Assembly (NCBI GenBank): GCA_003576755.1
Contig: QEVT01000002.1
Span: 346-64,345, forward strand
Direction of reading: 5' to 3'
DNA from: a bacterium
GTDB taxonomy: Bacteria > Chloroflexota > Anaerolineae > Epilineales > Epilineaceae
Length of the DNA: 64,000 nucleotides
Positions 62,701-64,000 of the stretch are shown here, piece by piece (position 1 is the first letter of the stretch; each line of letters begins with the position of its first letter). Made by a program: the position numbers and the translations under genes. Below the pieces are notes generated by a model, which was not told the DNA's origin, ran no database searches, and worked only from the letters and a program-made list of their open reading frames with translations.

Positions 62701-63995
62701 CGCCGCCCGACGACCTGTTCGTCCCCGACAACCGCGTCGACGAAGCCAACGGCCTGGTCTTCTACTCGTTCGCCGTGCTCAACCGCGTCGGCGCGAGCGG
62801 GTCGGGGGTCGTCGCGCGCTTCCGGGTGCGCGGCCGCACGCCCGGCACCAGCGAGCTGACGTTCGTCGACAACACGCTCCTCGACGAGTTCGCCGTCCCG
62901 ATCGAGCACCGTGCCCGCGGCGGCCTCGTCACCGTCCTGGCGCCCCCGACCGGCGTCCCGCCGACGAGCACGTCGGCGCCTCCGACGAGCCCGCCGCCGC
63001 CGTCGGCGACCCCGCGGCCGGCGACGAGCACGCCGATCCCGCCCTCGGCCACGGCGCCGCCGCCGACCGCCACCGCCTCGGCGACGCGCACGGCCACGCA
63101 GGCACCGTCGGCCACCCCGTCGGCCACGCGGACGGCAACCGCCACGGCGACCGCGACACGCACCGCCACCGCCACCGCGACGCCGACCGCGACGCGCACG
63201 GCGACGGCGACCGCGACGCCCAGCGTCACCGCGACACCGTCGGACACCCCGACGCCGACCGAGACGCCGACCCCGAGCATCACGCCGACGCCCTCGGACA
63301 CCCCCACGCCGAGCACCACGCCGACGCCGTCGGACACGCCGACCCCGACCGACACGCCGTCGGTGACGCCGACGCCGTCGGACACCCCGACGCCCAGCGC
63401 CACGCCGACGGCGTCCGACACGCCCGCGCCGAGCGAGACGCCGCGCCCGTCGTCGACCCCGCGACCGACCGCGACGGGCACCGCGACGGCGGACCCGTGC
63501 GCACACCCGTTGGTCAACGGCGGGTTCGAGACGGGCGAGGCCTGGGTGCTGCGCGGCGGTCGGCCGCCGCGCTACCTCGAGACGATGGTCCACGGCGGGC
63601 GCCGCAGCCTGTTGCTCGGCATCCTGTCGGACGAGCCCAACACCTACAGCTACTCGACCGCCTGGCAGCGGCTCGCGGTGCCGGCGAACGCCCGGACGAT
63701 GACGGTGCGGGCCTGGGCGTACCAGGCGGCGCAGCCCGGCGGCGGGCCGGACCGGCAGCTCATGCTGGTCTACGACATCGACCCCGAGCAGAACCAGCAG
63801 GGCCAGCGCTCGCCGGTGGCCGTGGTGTTCGGCGAGTGGCTCAACGTCGAGTCGTGGCAGCGGCGGACGCTGACCATCGACGTGACGGCCTACCGCGGGC
63901 GGTCGCTGTGGCTGTACGCCTCGGCCGTCAACGACGGGCTGGGCGGTCGGGTGTGGATGACCCTGGATGACATCGATGTCGCGTTCTGCCCGTAG
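59724..63995 (+). CDS. Large secreted multidomain protein (1,423 aa): signal peptide, SdrD-B-like domain, Pro/Thr linker, parallel beta-helix repeats, cohesin-like domain, second Pro/Thr linker, C-terminal CBM/galactose-binding-like domain
   Basis: RBS AAGGAGG lies 6 nt before GTG 59724 (VSRPLNRSRWTAVALAASLCGLTAAHG). Supporting motifs are EDLDQDGARDPGEPLISGV, many N-x-I-x-G-N beta-helix rungs, a cohesin-like IEIRLSDVTDLYGGDILVKYDPRIVDV, and the C-terminal CAHPLVNGGFETGEAW. Confidence 0.8.
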   Translation: MSRPLNRSRWTAVALAASLCGLTAAHGAPAPDAPVEPARYRGTVTYYGAPAPAGMLVSAHLGTQVLATTTVVIADGVATYDILVPGDDPSTPGREGPEENEFFVFKVNGVTTDQTENFNAGEDRTINLAVTRIEICLGAYEDLDQDGARDPGEPLISGVQINVVQFFIVRTYTTNGISEPSCGQHLPVNSLVRVVDYPVEYDPLSNDAQTGYQITQTQGVFFVMFPFVRAVPPTGTVSPTTLPASPTPTPASFPGPTGQTPLPTATPSRTPTPSATRTSTPSPSPTASATPTPSDTPTASPTATATPPPTPTVAATPTTSGGTPTVGPSGTATATVTATATASPSATRTGTATASATTTSSTPTVAASPTRSPTVSRTPTRTATPTATETVLPTETATPSLETGAAIVVNSAADPGNVGDGRLTLREAIRLAVGDLPPAALSAAERAQVTGTPGANVADAIRFDAAVFPAGNPATIFIQPPAASPSAGATPTQDALQVRHVSRPSMPPLSTGGDTIDGVGRGVVLAAGIGGDVFDGLVITSDENTVKGVTMHSFNAALVVTGKARSNTIGGRRNGEGVTLVRNIIGIALSGRGVTQTYVLGSRIGVDGNETPGQGNATHGVIITDGAHANRIGDITTASPESGAPGNVIGGNSLDGIAVMGAGTDDNEIYQNLIGTNSAGTAAIANGQGIVVGGGPMGTVIGGLTGGNLISGNVGEGIWIQSPATQNTVVQGNTIGAAASRVDPLPNGSDGILIDDGAHDNLIGGSVAAAGNRIAFNDNAGIRVVGRATLRNTISHNSIAGNAGPGIALDEGGNAGLAAPIITRITAGTVEGIAPPNSLVEVFSDNDNEGNTFEGSAFADANGFFFYQKPTALNGPRQTATATDSQGNTSPFGVEGVAPPTRTPGPSPTPRGAIGPQFFPIALRNQPLFTLLVLDPALATLPVGGVQTIEIRLSDVTDLYGGDILVKYDPRIVDVLDDDPVAAGIQIARGEFPPPDDLFVPDNRVDEANGLVFYSFAVLNRVGASGSGVVARFRVRGRTPGTSELTFVDNTLLDEFAVPIEHRARGGLVTVLAPPTGVPPTSTSAPPTSPPPPSATPRPATSTPIPPSATAPPPTATASATRTATQAPSATPSATRTATATATATRTATATATPTATRTATATATPSVTATPSDTPTPTETPTPSITPTPSDTPTPSTTPTPSDTPTPTDTPSVTPTPSDTPTPSATPTASDTPAPSETPRPSSTPRPTATGTATADPCAHPLVNGGFETGEAWVLRGGRPPRYLETMVHGGRRSLLLGILSDEPNTYSYSTAWQRLAVPANARTMTVRAWAYQAAQPGGGPDRQLMLVYDIDPEQNQQGQRSPVAVVFGEWLNVESWQRRTLTIDVTAYRGRSLWLYASAVNDGLGGRVWMTLDDIDVAFCP
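60420..60925 (+). repeat. Pro/Thr/Ala/Ser low-complexity linker-coding tract 1
   Basis: It translates as TPTPS/ATATP-type low complexity (for example TPSRTPTPSATRTSTPSPSPTASATPTPSDTPTASPTATATPPPTPT). Confidence 0.8.
62940..63490 (+). repeat. Pro/Thr low-complexity linker-coding tract 2 with a degenerate 18/36-nt periodicity
   Basis: SDTPTPTETPTPSITPTPSDTPTPSTTPTPSDTPTPTDTPSVTPTPSDTPTPSATPTASDTPAPSETP. The nucleotide units ACGCCGACNCCNTCGGACAC recur. Confidence 0.8.
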
Positions 63996-64000
63996 GACGG

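Noticed and set aside
1-64000. I scanned for tRNA, rRNA, tmRNA, riboswitch-like or CRISPR features.
   Set aside because: I recognised nothing by eye. This is a weak negative, because I cannot run tRNAscan or Infernal. The few intergenic regions longer than 150 nt are 942-1259, 9958-10114, 36205-36527, 38511-38783, 54408-55032 and 59243-59723.

Overview
This is a 64-kb, high-G+C bacterial window. Hand-counted 60-nt lines range from about 47% to 73% G+C. I saw no rRNA, tRNA or CRISPR array. (1) 1.5-31.6 kb on the + strand is a complete tail-only contractile injection locus of the eCIS / phage-like-protein-translocation type. It follows P2 tail-module order: sheath, tube, gpE/E' chaperone pair with a G7 slippery run, tape-measure-position ORF, LysM tube-initiator, gpD hub, gpV spike, PAAR, gpW/gp25, two gpJ-like wedge proteins and an NHL-gpI fusion. 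It also carries the two eCIS-specific hallmarks, a DUF4255 cap and an Afp15-like AAA+ ATPase. Two DUF4157 (HExxH) candidate effectors flank the ATPase. Four paralogous fibre-like proteins sit in the fibre position. No capsid, portal, terminase or integrase gene is present. (2) 30.7-43.6 kb is an accessory belt. It holds a triple-repeat LL-H-holin-like membrane protein, a tandem TIR-like (CAP12/PycTIR-type) protein in a low-GC patch, two signal-less BclA-style (GPT)n collagen-like proteins next to a GT4-GT2-TPR glycosyltransferase, and three signal-less cell-wall or polysaccharide hydrolases (C39-like peptidase, double TIM-barrel glycosidase, GH25-SH3b muramidase). (3) 42.0-51.9 kb is a decayed mobile-element island with a WD40 stub, IS3 and IS256 remnants and a frameshifted IS701-like element. 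It encloses a translationally coupled two-gene module: a CHAT protease-SIR2 fusion plus a STAND NTPase with a transmembrane helix and an Asp-box beta-propeller. I consider this module the best candidate for an undescribed conflict/abortive-infection system. (4) 51.9-64 kb holds envelope and secreted functions: a GT39/ArnT-like transferase, an alpha/beta hydrolase, a class-C-like serine hydrolase with a membrane tail, and a 1,423-aa beta-helix/cohesin secreted protein. A ParA gene lies at the left edge. All assignments come from reading motifs in the supplied translations. No searches were run.
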